Source: Breznakia blatticola (GTDB lineage Bacteria > Bacillota_I > Bacilli_A > Erysipelotrichales > Erysipelotrichaceae). From it: 20,893 nt of DNA. Where the stretch lies: contig NZ_SODD01000043.1 in the NCBI RefSeq assembly GCF_004365815.1, positions 1 through 20,893 of the forward strand, written 5' to 3'. The notes under the pieces are model-generated. The model had not been told where the DNA came from. It saw only the letters and a list, made by a program, of their open reading frames with translations, and did no database searches. A program made the translations under genes and the position numbers. Shown here one piece after another: positions 8,751-18,978 of this stretch (position 1 is the stretch's first letter; every line of letters begins with the position of its first letter).

Positions 8751-9854
8751 ATGGCAAATATAGAATTAAAAAATATAAATAAGTTTTACGATAAAAATGT
8801 ACATGCAGTAACTGACTTTAACCTTGAAATTCGAGATAAGGAATTTATTGTATTTGTTGGTCCAAGTGGATGTGGAAAAAGTACAACATTGCGTATGATT
8901 GCAGGATTGGAAGAGATCTCATCAGGTGAATTATATATTGATGGTGTATTAGAAAATGATCGTCCAAGTAAAGATAGAGATATTGCGATGGTATTTCAAT
9001 CATATGCTTTATATCCACATATGAGTGTATATGACAACATGGCCTTTGGTTTAAAATTAAAAAAGACACCAAAGGATGAAATTGATAGACGAATCAAAGA
9101 TGCTGCGCAAATCTTGGAAATAACGGATTACTTGAAACGAAAACCAAAACAATTATCAGGTGGTCAAAGACAACGTGTAGCTTTAGGTAGAGCGATTGTA
9201 AGAAATGCAAAAGTATTTTTAATGGATGAGCCATTAAGTAATTTAGATGCAAAATTAAGAGTGCAAATGCGCTCGGAGATTATTCAATTACATCAAAAAA
9301 TAAAAGCGACTACAATTTATGTAACGCATGATCAAACAGAAGCGATGACAATGGCAACACGACTTGTCATAATGAAAGATGGCTTTATTCAACAAATTGG
9401 AACACCAAAAGAAGTATATGATCATCCAAAAAATCAATTTGTTGCGGGATTCATTGGATCTCCTGCAATGAATTTCATTGAAGGTGTAATTGAGGATGGA
9501 TGTTTTAAGTTTAGCGATTGTAGTTTTAAATTACCAGAGATCACGCATAAACGACTGACTGACTACCATGGAAAGAAAGTAACTATGGGAATTCGTCCTG
9601 AAGATATCTATACTGAAAAAATTGTTGAGCAAACATATCCAGAAGTAAATTTTGACTTCAAAATTGAAGTAAGTGAATTACTTGGACATGAAACGATTAT
9701 TCATGGATGCATTGACTGTCATAAGTTGATTGCAAAAGTAAATGCAAGAAATAATGTAAAAGCAGGTGATGTAATTGAGGTTACTTTTGATGCAGATAAA
9801 CTACATTTCTTTGATCAAGAAACAGGACAAAGTGTTTTGCATGAAACAAAATAA
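8751..9854 (+). CDS. msmX: ABC sugar transporter ATP-binding protein (MsmX/MsmK/MalK/UgpC type)
   Basis: Walker [10 protein letters not shown], signature [14 protein letters not shown], Walker [14 protein letters not shown]-loop YVTHDQ. C-terminal regulatory (TOBE-like) extension. Confidence 0.92.
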   Translation: MANIELKNINKFYDKNVHAVTDFNLEIRDKEFIVFVGPSGCGKSTTLRMIAGLEEISSGELYIDGVLENDRPSKDRDIAMVFQSYALYPHMSVYDNMAFGLKLKKTPKDEIDRRIKDAAQILEITDYLKRKPKQLSGGQRQRVALGRAIVRNAKVFLMDEPLSNLDAKLRVQMRSEIIQLHQKIKATTIYVTHDQTEAMTMATRLVIMKDGFIQQIGTPKEVYDHPKNQFVAGFIGSPAMNFIEGVIEDGCFKFSDCSFKLPEITHKRLTDYHGKKVTMGIRPEDIYTEKIVEQTYPEVNFDFKIEVSELLGHETIIHGCIDCHKLIAKVNARNNVKAGDVIEVTFDADKLHFFDQETGQSVLHETK

Positions 9855-10872
9855 AGTACCGAAACCTCAATGTATAGTAAAAAAGACAGAAGTTTTGTAT
9901 CCGAAATTTCCAGTAATTGATTTTCATACACATATGGGGAAGTTGGTTTTGGGTGATGGCTATGAACGTATGTATAATACAAAAGAACATGTCAAACGAC
10001 TTAAAGAGTTAGGGATAAAGCATATTGTAAATCTTGATGGAATCTGGGGAGATGAACTTGATAAGATGCTTGAAAAAGTTGGGGATGAAGCTTCATTTAT
10101 TACAACATTTTGTTGGATAGATGTAACAAAAATAGACGATGATGATTTTGATGCATGGGTGATCGATCATCTAGAAACTGCATATAAAAAAGGATGCAAA
10201 GGGATTAAAATGTGGAAAGTGATTTCACTAAATCAAAAAGATGCATCAGGAAACTATATTCGTACAGATGATCCAAGACTAGCGGTTGTCTATCATACGG
10301 CAGCACGACTTGGTATGGTGATTCTAATTCACATTGCAGATCCAACAGCATTTTTCGAGGAAATAAACGAAGAAAATGAACGATCAATTGAACTTACGAT
10401 GCATCCAGATTGGCAATTTGGAAAACCAGATCAATATTCATTTGATGAATTGATGCAAATGCAAGATCATATGATCGAATTATATCCGAACACGACGTTT
10501 GTTGTTGCACATTTTGGTTCCTATGCAGAGAATTTAACACATGTGGCAAAACGTTTGGATAGGTATCCAAACATGTATATAGATATAGCAGCAAGAGTAG
10601 CTGAACTAGGTAGAGTTCCATATTCGGCTCGAGAGTTTTTCATTACGTATCAAGATCGAATTGTGTTTGGAACAGATGAAACACCTTTAGATTATTTTCA
10701 ATATCCACTAAGTTTTCGCTTTCTAGAAACTAGTGACGAATATTTTCCATATTGGGAAGACGAGACAGGCCCTCAACAAGGAAATTGGTATATATATGGA
10801 TTGCATTTACCAGATGAAGTGCTAGAGAAAATATACTATCGGAATGCGTGTGCATTATTGGGTATTGAATGA
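9841..10872 (+). CDS. Amidohydrolase-superfamily metal-dependent hydrolase (TIM barrel), substrate unknown
   Basis: Ordered candidate metal ligands IDFHTH (HxH), IHIADP, VAHFGS and FGTDE, as in amidohydrolase-type barrels. Start set to ATG 9841 (MKQNKVPK...), which overlaps the ATPase 3' end by 14 nt. No clear SD, so the exact start is uncertain. Confidence 0.75.
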   Translation: MKQNKVPKPQCIVKKTEVLYPKFPVIDFHTHMGKLVLGDGYERMYNTKEHVKRLKELGIKHIVNLDGIWGDELDKMLEKVGDEASFITTFCWIDVTKIDDDDFDAWVIDHLETAYKKGCKGIKMWKVISLNQKDASGNYIRTDDPRLAVVYHTAARLGMVILIHIADPTAFFEEINEENERSIELTMHPDWQFGKPDQYSFDELMQMQDHMIELYPNTTFVVAHFGSYAENLTHVAKRLDRYPNMYIDIAARVAELGRVPYSAREFFITYQDRIVFGTDETPLDYFQYPLSFRFLETSDEYFPYWEDETGPQQGNWYIYGLHLPDEVLEKIYYRNACALLGIE

Positions 10873-10907
10873 TAATACATGAACAAATATAGGGTTTGTT
10901 CGAAATT

Positions 10908-10940
10908 GACGATTGTTACACATAAACAGTCGTCTTTTTT
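10908..10940 (+). terminator. Intrinsic terminator ending the sugar operon
   Basis: GACGATTGT / ACAGTCGTC forms a 9-bp stem with one G-U pair and loop TACACATAA, followed by TTTTTT. Confidence 0.7.
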
Positions 10941-10994
10941 ACATATTCTCACTTGATATCTTCATCATTTTTTCACAAATTGTTTCCATGTGCG

Positions 10995-11003
10995 TGGTAT
11001 AAT
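10995..11003 (+). promoter_or_regulatory. Extended -10 element TGgTATAAT immediately upstream of the tilS ATG
   Basis: TG at 10995-10996 and TATAAT at 10998-11003. The tilS ATG begins at 11010, only 6 nt after the -10, and no SD lies between them. Confidence 0.35.
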
Positions 11004-11009
11004 TGCACC

Positions 11010-12215
11010 ATGAGTAATGAATGTGAAACTTGGGTTGTTGCTGTTTCTGGTGGAGCAGACTCAATGGCGCTGTTAGATATGTATCGCAACAAGAATTATC
11101 AACTGGTTGTCGCACATGTGAATTATCATAAACGCGATACCGCCAATCGAGATGAAAATGGAGTTTGTTTGTATTGTAAGCAATATGACATTCCTTTTTT
11201 TGCATATCACGTAAAAGAATATAACCCGGGAAATTTTCAAGCACAGGCACGAAATATTCGATATCAATTTTTCAAGGAAATCGTAAAGCAAACCAATGCG
11301 AAAGGTGTACTTGTTGCACATCATCAAGATGATGTACTGGAAACCTATCTCATGCAAAAACAAAGAAAATCGATTCCGCGTGTATTTGGAATGGATACAG
11401 ATAGTACGATTAAAGGCGTACATGTACTTCGACCATTACTCAACTATAGTAAGCAAGATTTATATGAATACTGCAAAATGCACAACGTTGTATATTATGA
11501 GGATGAAAGTAATGCATCAAATGCATATACAAGAAATCGCATTCGTCATGAACAGGTGATGAAACTTGATCCTATGCAACGTAAGACATTGCTTGAAGAA
11601 ATGAAGCATGCAAATCATGGATTGCAAAAAATGCGACAGAAATTAGAATCGCATGTACAAAAGGAATTGGATATGCAAGTATTTGCTACATTGAATCAAG
11701 AAGAACAGCACCAACTGTTATACATGTGGCTAACAACATTTAGTGCATATCATCAAATCTCAAAACGCTATATTGACCAACTACTTTCTTTACACAAGAA
11801 ACAAAGTAATTGGCGTCATGATTATAAGCGAAATTATGAAATTGTATGTGAATATGGAGTACTTAAACTTCAAAAGAAAGCATCCGATACTTATGCATAC
11901 ACATACCATGAAGTACAAGAAGATATGACACCGTATTATCAATTATGTACACAAGGAAAAACCATTGAGGGATTTTATGTTGATAAACAAGATTTTCCAA
12001 TTGTGATTCGTTCACCTAAACCAGGTGATTCTATTCAATTACGTTACGGAAAAAAGAAAGTCTCAAGGTTTTTCATAGATCGCAAAATACCCAAAAAAGA
12101 ACGTGAAATTTGCCCAGTTGTTGAAAATGCGAATGGGGATGTCATATTTGTTAGTGGAATTGGCTGTGATGTGTTTCATTATAGTAACAATTTGAATATG
12201 TTTGTGATAAAATAA
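11010..12215 (+). CDS. tilS: tRNA(Ile)-lysidine synthase
   Basis: PP-loop motif VAVSGGADSMALL. C-terminal TilS-type domain (KKVSRFFIDRKIPKKERE). Conserved tilS-hpt-ftsH order. Start set to ATG 11010 rather than the SD-less TTG at 10953. Confidence 0.88.
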   Translation: MSNECETWVVAVSGGADSMALLDMYRNKNYQLVVAHVNYHKRDTANRDENGVCLYCKQYDIPFFAYHVKEYNPGNFQAQARNIRYQFFKEIVKQTNAKGVLVAHHQDDVLETYLMQKQRKSIPRVFGMDTDSTIKGVHVLRPLLNYSKQDLYEYCKMHNVVYYEDESNASNAYTRNRIRHEQVMKLDPMQRKTLLEEMKHANHGLQKMRQKLESHVQKELDMQVFATLNQEEQHQLLYMWLTTFSAYHQISKRYIDQLLSLHKKQSNWRHDYKRNYEIVCEYGVLKLQKKASDTYAYTYHEVQEDMTPYYQLCTQGKTIEGFYVDKQDFPIVIRSPKPGDSIQLRYGKKKVSRFFIDRKIPKKEREICPVVENANGDVIFVSGIGCDVFHYSNNLNMFVIK

Positions 12216-12248
12216 TGTGTATTGATAGTCAAGGAGTATATTAAAATT

Positions 12249-12794
12249 ATGCATAAGGATGTAGATAGAGTTTTAGTCTCAAGAGAAGAGATACACGCAA
12301 AGTGTATTGAATTAGGAAAACAAATTACGAAGGATTACACAGATAGAGGTGAACTACCAATTTTGGTTGGATTACTTAATGGTTCTGTTCCATTCATGAG
12401 TGAATTAATGAAGAACATCGAAATGGATGTTGAAATTGATTTTATGGATGTTTCAAGTTATGAAGGAACACAATCTGTGGGATCAATTCGAATCAATAAA
12501 GATATGGGTACCAGTGCAGCTGGAAAATCCATTTTATTAGTAGAAGATATCGTGGATACTGGAAAGACATTAACGGAAGTAAAACGTATGTTAGCAAACA
12601 AAGGTGCTAAAGATGTACGTGTTGTTTCTTTATTAGATAAACCAGATCGACGTACTGAAGATATAGAAGCAGATTACGTTGGGTTTACCATTCCAAATGA
12701 ATTTGTGATCGGATATGGATTGGATTACAATCAAAAATACCGTAACTTACCATATGTTGGGATTCTAAAACCTGAAGTTTATGAAGAGTCATAG
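12249..12794 (+). CDS. hpt: Hypoxanthine-guanine phosphoribosyltransferase
   Basis: PRPP-binding motif ILLVEDIVDTGKT. Collinear with B. subtilis HprT from MHKDVDRVLVS onward, ending in YRNLPYVGILKPEVYE. AAGGAG at 12231-12236. Confidence 0.92.
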   Translation: MHKDVDRVLVSREEIHAKCIELGKQITKDYTDRGELPILVGLLNGSVPFMSELMKNIEMDVEIDFMDVSSYEGTQSVGSIRINKDMGTSAAGKSILLVEDIVDTGKTLTEVKRMLANKGAKDVRVVSLLDKPDRRTEDIEADYVGFTIPNEFVIGYGLDYNQKYRNLPYVGILKPEVYEES

Positions 12795-12803
12795 GAGGGC
12801 TAG

Positions 12804-14774
12804 ATGAAAAACAATAAGCGCAATCCGTTGTTGCTTTTACCGTATTTATTATTAGCATTAATGTTAATCTTCCTATTACCATTTAACAATCTGAATGAAA
12901 CCAAAGAGTTTACTTACAATGAATTTGCTAAGAAAGCTGAAAAGATGGATTTCCAAGATGTTAGTATGGGAATTGGAACCGTAACAATTGAAGTTGAAGG
13001 TAAATATAAAAACAACAAAGATGAAGATGTTGCATTTAGTGCAACATTACCAAAAACTGATGAAAATATTGAGTGGTTACAAAAAACACTTGATTCAGGA
13101 AAAAACAAAGTTAAAGTGTATGAACCAGATGATGAAAACATCTTACTTACACTATTTATTAACTTCTTCCCAATCTTGTTGTTAGGAGGGTTTGTGTTCG
13201 TAATGTTCTCACGCATGGGTGGTGGACAACAAAACAAAGCCTTCGAATTCTCAAAATCAAGAGCGAAAGTACAGGGAAACATCAAAACACGTTTCAAAGA
13301 TGTAGCTGGAGCTGATGAGGAAAAAGAAGAAGTTAAAGAAATTATTGATTACCTTAAAAATCCAAAACGTTTCTCTGATATGGGAGCTCGTATTCCAAAA
13401 GGAATGTTAATGGTAGGTCCTCCAGGTACAGGGAAAACCTTACTCGCAAAAGCGGTAGCAGGAGAAGCGGATGTACCATTCTTCTCGATTTCTGGTTCAG
13501 ATTTCGTAGAAATGTTTGTTGGTACTGGGGCAAGTCGTGTCCGTGATATGTTTAAGAAAGCAAAACAAGCAGCACCATGTATTGTCTTCATTGATGAAAT
13601 CGATGCAGTTGGACGTCAACGTGGAGCTGGTATGGGTGGAGGAAACGATGAACGTGAACAAACCCTAAACCAATTGCTTGTAGAAATGGATGGAATGGAA
13701 GAAAACATTGGTATCGTAATTATTGCGGCTACCAACCGACCAGATGTTCTTGACCCTGCCTTATTACGTAGTGGACGTTTCGACCGTCAAATTACCGTAA
13801 GTTTACCAGATAAAAAAGGACGTACGGAAATTCTTGAAGTACATGCCAGAAATAAAAAGTTAGCACCAGATGTTACACTTGAAAACCTTGCTAAACGTAC
13901 ACCAGGATTCTCAGGAGCAGACTTAGAAAACGTATTAAACGAAGGTGCAATTCTTGCCGTTCGCGGAAACCGTAAATTAATCACTATGGATGACTTAGAT
14001 GAAGCAGTAGACCGTGTTATGATGGGACCTGCTAAGAAAAGTAAGAAATATAGTGATACGGATAAAAAACTCGTGGCGTACCATGAAGCAGGACATGCGG
14101 TTATTGGTATTAAATTAGAAGATGCTGACATGGTTCAAAAAGTAACGATCATTCCTCGTGGGGATGCTGGTGGTTACAACTTGATGACACCAAGAGAAGA
14201 AAAATACTTCCACCGCAAAAAAGAATACATGGCACAAATCACTGGATTACTTGGTGGTCGTGTATCAGAAGAGTTAGTATTTGGTGAAATCAGTGCCGGT
14301 GCAGTAAATGACATCGAAAAAATCACAAAAATCGCCAAAGCAATGGTTCGTGTATTCGGTATGTCAACATTAGGTCCTATTCAATATGCAGATCCTCAAG
14401 GAAATGTCTTTTTAGGAAGAGATTACAACCAAGGAGCAGCATACTCTGGAGAAGTTGCATTCGAAATTGACCAAGAAGTTCGTAAGATTATTAATGAATG
14501 TTACGATGAATGTAAACGCATCTTAATTGAAAACCGTGACTTACTTGATTTAATTGCAAATTCTTTAATTGAAGAAGAAACATTAACAAGTGAACAAATC
14601 AATAACTTAGTAGAATATGGTACATTAGATGCACCAAAACAAGATGTTGAAGCACACGAAGAAACAATCAAAGAACAAGATGAAAAAATGAAAGAACCAG
14701 AAGTTATCGAACAACCTGTAGAAGCACAAGAAAGTATTCCTACAGCTGATGACTTACCAGATTCTGAAGAATAA
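12804..14774 (+). CDS. ftsH: ATP-dependent zinc metalloprotease FtsH
   Basis: Two N-terminal TM segments. AAA+ Walker A GPPGTGKT and Walker B IVFIDEID. Zinc motif HEAGHA. Acidic C-terminal tail. SD AGGAGG at 12794-12799. Confidence 0.97.
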   Translation: MKNNKRNPLLLLPYLLLALMLIFLLPFNNLNETKEFTYNEFAKKAEKMDFQDVSMGIGTVTIEVEGKYKNNKDEDVAFSATLPKTDENIEWLQKTLDSGKNKVKVYEPDDENILLTLFINFFPILLLGGFVFVMFSRMGGGQQNKAFEFSKSRAKVQGNIKTRFKDVAGADEEKEEVKEIIDYLKNPKRFSDMGARIPKGMLMVGPPGTGKTLLAKAVAGEADVPFFSISGSDFVEMFVGTGASRVRDMFKKAKQAAPCIVFIDEIDAVGRQRGAGMGGGNDEREQTLNQLLVEMDGMEENIGIVIIAATNRPDVLDPALLRSGRFDRQITVSLPDKKGRTEILEVHARNKKLAPDVTLENLAKRTPGFSGADLENVLNEGAILAVRGNRKLITMDDLDEAVDRVMMGPAKKSKKYSDTDKKLVAYHEAGHAVIGIKLEDADMVQKVTIIPRGDAGGYNLMTPREEKYFHRKKEYMAQITGLLGGRVSEELVFGEISAGAVNDIEKITKIAKAMVRVFGMSTLGPIQYADPQGNVFLGRDYNQGAAYSGEVAFEIDQEVRKIINECYDECKRILIENRDLLDLIANSLIEEETLTSEQINNLVEYGTLDAPKQDVEAHEETIKEQDEKMKEPEVIEQPVEAQESIPTADDLPDSEE

Positions 14775-14782
14775 CTAACAAA

Positions 14783-14810
14783 GGGATATCGCAAGGTATC
14801 TCTTTATTTT
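14783..14810 (+). terminator. Candidate intrinsic terminator after ftsH
   Basis: GGGATATC-GCAA-GGTATCTC: an 8-bp stem including two G-U pairs, followed by TTTATTTT. Confidence 0.45.
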
Positions 14811-14835
14811 ACAAAATATGCTGTAGTCAACATGA

Positions 14836-14863
14836 TTGACATTGTTATAAAGTATGATAAAAT
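14836..14863 (+). promoter_or_regulatory. Candidate sigma-A promoter (TTGACA-N16-TGaTAAAAT) upstream of hslO
   Basis: Consensus -35 TTGACA at 14836-14841, TG at 14855-14856, -10 TAAAAT at 14858-14863. Confidence 0.5.
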
Positions 14864-14928
14864 GCATTCAACACAAAGCACTGCCATTGGTAGGTGCTTT
14901 TTGTGTTATAATACGAAAGGTGATAAAA

Positions 14929-15831
14929 ATGAAAGATCAATTAATAAAAGCCTTAGCCTGTGAAGGTCGTGTACGTATATATGTCGTAAATACCACAGGA
15001 CTTGTGAACTATGCACAAAAACAACAAGACTTGTGGCCAACTGCTAGTGCAGCACTTGGACGCACATTAAGTGTTGCATCCATGATGGGAGCAAACTTAA
15101 AAAGTGATCAAGAAAAGATTACTATTACAATCAATGGTGGTGGACCAATTGGAACCGTGATGGCAGATGCCTATTATGGAGGAAATGTCCGTGGTTTTGT
15201 CGGTGATCCACATATCATGTTGCAATATAACGAAGACCATCCATTAGCAAATAAACTTGCAGTTGGTATCGCAGTTGGTAAAGAAGGATATCTAGAAGTG
15301 AAAAAAGATATCGGTATGGGAAAAGAAGATTTCAGTGGACGTGTTGCATTACAATCCGGAGAAATTGGTGAAGATTTCGCATACTATTTTGCTTTGAGTG
15401 AACAAACACCATCTGCTGTATCAGTAGGAGTACTTGTTGATACCGACAATACAATTATTGCAAGTGGTGGACTGTTACTACAAATGATGCCAGATGCTAC
15501 CGAAGATGATATTCGCAAAAGTGAAGAAGCATTACGTAAATTAGATAATATGTCAAATTTAATACGTGACAATGTAGCACTTGAAGATATTCTTCATAGT
15601 ATGTTTGATGATATAAAAATACTAGAAACAACAGATGTTGCTTTTGTATGTAACTGTAGTAAAGAAAAAATCATCAATGCGATTTCTCTAATGGATGCTA
15701 GTGAAATTCAAAACATGATTGATGAAGATCATGGAGCACAAGCAACTTGTCAATACTGCAAAAAAGAATACCAAATCAGTGAAGCAGAACTTCAAGATAT
15801 ATTGAAAGATAAGGCGCATGTGGTACATTAG
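14929..15831 (+). CDS. hslO: Redox-regulated chaperone Hsp33
   Basis: C-terminal zinc-centre cysteines CxC...CxxC (FVCNCSKEK and ATCQYCKKEY). Start set to ATG 14929 (MKDQLIKAL) with GAAAGGTGA upstream; the track extension from 14854 runs through promoter and hairpin sequence. Confidence 0.9.
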   Translation: MKDQLIKALACEGRVRIYVVNTTGLVNYAQKQQDLWPTASAALGRTLSVASMMGANLKSDQEKITITINGGGPIGTVMADAYYGGNVRGFVGDPHIMLQYNEDHPLANKLAVGIAVGKEGYLEVKKDIGMGKEDFSGRVALQSGEIGEDFAYYFALSEQTPSAVSVGVLVDTDNTIIASGGLLLQMMPDATEDDIRKSEEALRKLDNMSNLIRDNVALEDILHSMFDDIKILETTDVAFVCNCSKEKIINAISLMDASEIQNMIDEDHGAQATCQYCKKEYQISEAELQDILKDKAHVVH

Positions 15832-16813
15832 AGATTTACCAATTGAAAATGAAATTGTCATTGCCCCAATGGCAGGTATTAGTAATGCTGCGTTCCGTTC
15901 ACTTTATAAAGAATTTGGAGCTGGTTTTATTGTGTCTGAGCTAATCAGTGATAAAGCTATTTTCTATAAAAATGAGAAGACGATGGGAATGTTAGATGTC
16001 CATGAAAATGAACATCCGATGGCATTGCAATTGTTTGGTCATGATATTGACACAATGGTTCACGCAGCTAAAGTGATGGATCAAGATACAGCTTGTGATG
16101 TAATTGATATCAATATGGGATGCCCAGTAAATAAGGTAGTAAAATCATTTGCTGGTAGTGCCTTGATGAAAGATCCTGAACATGCATACAAACTTGTTAA
16201 AGCAATTGTTGCTGCAGTGAAAAAACCAGTTACGGTTAAATTTCGAGCAGGTTGGGATGCACATAGTATCAATGCGGTCGAATTCGCAAAACTTATGGAA
16301 AAAGCGGGAGCCAGTGCAATTTGTATTCATGGTCGTACCCGTGCACAAATGTATGAAGGAAAAGCCGACTGGTCCATTATTAAACAAGTCAAAGATGCAG
16401 TCTCTATTCCAGTAATGGGAAATGGTGATGTAAAAAGCGTTGCTGACTTTAAAGCGATGATGGAAGAAACCGGTTGTGATGCAGTTGCGATTGGTCGAGG
16501 GGTTCTTGGAAATCCTTGGTTGATTCGTCAGTGCAATCACTATTTGAAAACGGGTGAAATTTTAGAAGATGTTTCGTATCAAGAGAAATTTGCTTTAGCA
16601 TTTCAACATGCAAGAAACCTTTGCGAATTAAAAGGAGAACGTGTTGGGATGAAAGAAATGCGTGGACATGCAACTTGGTATATCAAAGGATTGCCAAAAT
16701 CACATGTCACAAAAGATCGATTATCAAAAGTTGAAACCTTTGCAGAATTTGAAGATATTCTTCATGAGTATGAAATCATCTTACAAGAATACGAAGATAC
16801 AAAGCCCAGATAA
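15818..16813 (+). CDS. dusB: tRNA-dihydrouridine synthase B
   Basis: Motifs APMAGISNAAFR, DINMGCP and IHGRTR. Collinear with B. subtilis DusB as I recall it. Overlaps the hslO 3' end by 14 nt. Confidence 0.92.
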   Translation: MWYIRDLPIENEIVIAPMAGISNAAFRSLYKEFGAGFIVSELISDKAIFYKNEKTMGMLDVHENEHPMALQLFGHDIDTMVHAAKVMDQDTACDVIDINMGCPVNKVVKSFAGSALMKDPEHAYKLVKAIVAAVKKPVTVKFRAGWDAHSINAVEFAKLMEKAGASAICIHGRTRAQMYEGKADWSIIKQVKDAVSIPVMGNGDVKSVADFKAMMEETGCDAVAIGRGVLGNPWLIRQCNHYLKTGEILEDVSYQEKFALAFQHARNLCELKGERVGMKEMRGHATWYIKGLPKSHVTKDRLSKVETFAEFEDILHEYEIILQEYEDTKPR

Positions 16814-16838
16814 GTTCCACAAAAAGTGGAGCTTTTTT
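16813..16838 (+). terminator. Intrinsic terminator after dusB
   Basis: AGTTCCAC-AAAAA-GTGGAGCT: an 8-bp stem with one G-U pair, followed by a T-run. Confidence 0.65.
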
Positions 16839-16899
16839 AATGGAAAAGGTTTCAAATAAACTTGATAGCATTTATATCGCGTGAAATTTTCTTTTTTAT

Positions 16900-16927
16900 T
16901 TGACAAAGTTCATGCTTTTGTTAAAAT
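16900..16927 (+). promoter_or_regulatory. Sigma-A promoter of the lysS T-box leader (TTGACA-N16-TGtTAAAAT)
   Basis: Consensus -35 at 16900-16905, TG at 16919-16920, -10 TAAAAT at 16922-16927. Confidence 0.6.
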
Positions 16928-16934
16928 AGGGATG

Positions 16935-18684
<1,750 letters not shown>

Positions 18685-18745
18685 GAATACAAAAAATGGC
18701 ATGAATACAGGGGAATATAACTTTACAAATTATATTAAAGGTTAT

Positions 18746-18789
18746 ATTTACGCCTGATTTACGCCTGATTTACGCCCAATTTACGCCCA
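18746..18789. repeat. 4 x 11-bp perfect-phase tandem repeat (ATTTACGCCTG x2, ATTTACGCCCA x2)
   Basis: Read directly: units start at 18746, 18757, 18768 and 18779. A GC-rich ACGCC core sits in an AT-rich context, 62 nt after the lysS stop. Confidence 0.95.
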
Positions 18790-18831
18790 AATAATTACAG
18801 ATAGAAAGCTAACCTACAAATAATGATTGAG

Positions 18832-18858
18832 AATAGTACGAGAAATTGTGCTATTTTT
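18832..18858 (+). terminator. Weak candidate terminator downstream of lysS
   Basis: AATAGTAC / GTGCTATT forms an 8-bp, AT-rich stem with one G-U pair and an 8-nt loop, followed by a T-run. Confidence 0.35.
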
Positions 18859-18922
18859 AATTTGATAGTAAGAAAAGTATTTTATGTATACTTGTATTAT
18901 TTAGTATAATTTTTTAAGATGT

Positions 18923-18950
18923 TTGCAAGGAAACTTTGTGATGATATAAT
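18923..18950 (+). promoter_or_regulatory. Candidate sigma-A promoter for the MBL/TM operon (TTGCAA-N16-TGaTATAAT)
   Basis: -35 TTGCAA at 18923-18928, TG at 18942-18943, consensus -10 TATAAT at 18945-18950. SD TAGGAGGG at 18964-18971 and ATG at 18979. Confidence 0.55.
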
Positions 18951-18978
18951 TAGAAATAAAGATTAGGAGGGATAACAT

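Noticed and set aside
9775-9840. ORF-track 5' extension of the amidohydrolase, 80 nt into the ATPase gene
   Set aside because: It would require a long overlap with the ATPase coding region. ATG 9841 gives a sensible N-terminus. The exact start remains uncertain because no SD is evident.
10939-11423. TTG-initiated tilS extension (10953), minus-strand ORFs of 103 and 116 aa, and internal plus-strand ORFs (11296-11559, 11743-11928)
   Set aside because: The extension has no SD and runs through the -10 element. The other ORFs are shadows of tilS.
12222-12248. TTG-initiated extension of hpt, and likewise the 14854-14928 extension of hslO
   Set aside because: The B. subtilis HprT N-terminus, as I recall it, aligns with MHKDVDRVL at ATG 12249, which has an upstream AAGGAG. 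The hslO extension covers promoter and hairpin sequence.
12914-14794. Several minus-strand ORFs (127, 80, 114 and 97 aa) and a 65-aa plus-strand ORF within ftsH
   Set aside because: All are nested in ftsH, whose identity is unambiguous. None has its own translation signals.
16145-16540. 131-aa minus-strand ORF, and other small ORFs inside dusB and across its terminator (16081-16272, 16449-16673, 16662-16859)
   Set aside because: They are antisense or out of frame with respect to dusB. The 16662-16859 ORF runs through the dusB terminator hairpin and has no SD.
18685-18748. AT-only inverted repeat AATATAAC (18714-18721) / GTTATATT (18741-18748) and duplicated GAATACA after the lysS stop
   Set aside because: The stem would be composed almost entirely of A-T pairs with a 19-nt loop and no T-run. 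It cannot be distinguished from chance in AT-rich spacer DNA.
18746-18789. The tandem repeats here and at 20824-20893 as a CRISPR array
   Set aside because: The units are head-to-tail at periods of 11 and 23 bp with no unique spacers and no palindromic CRISPR-repeat character. No cas genes are in the window.
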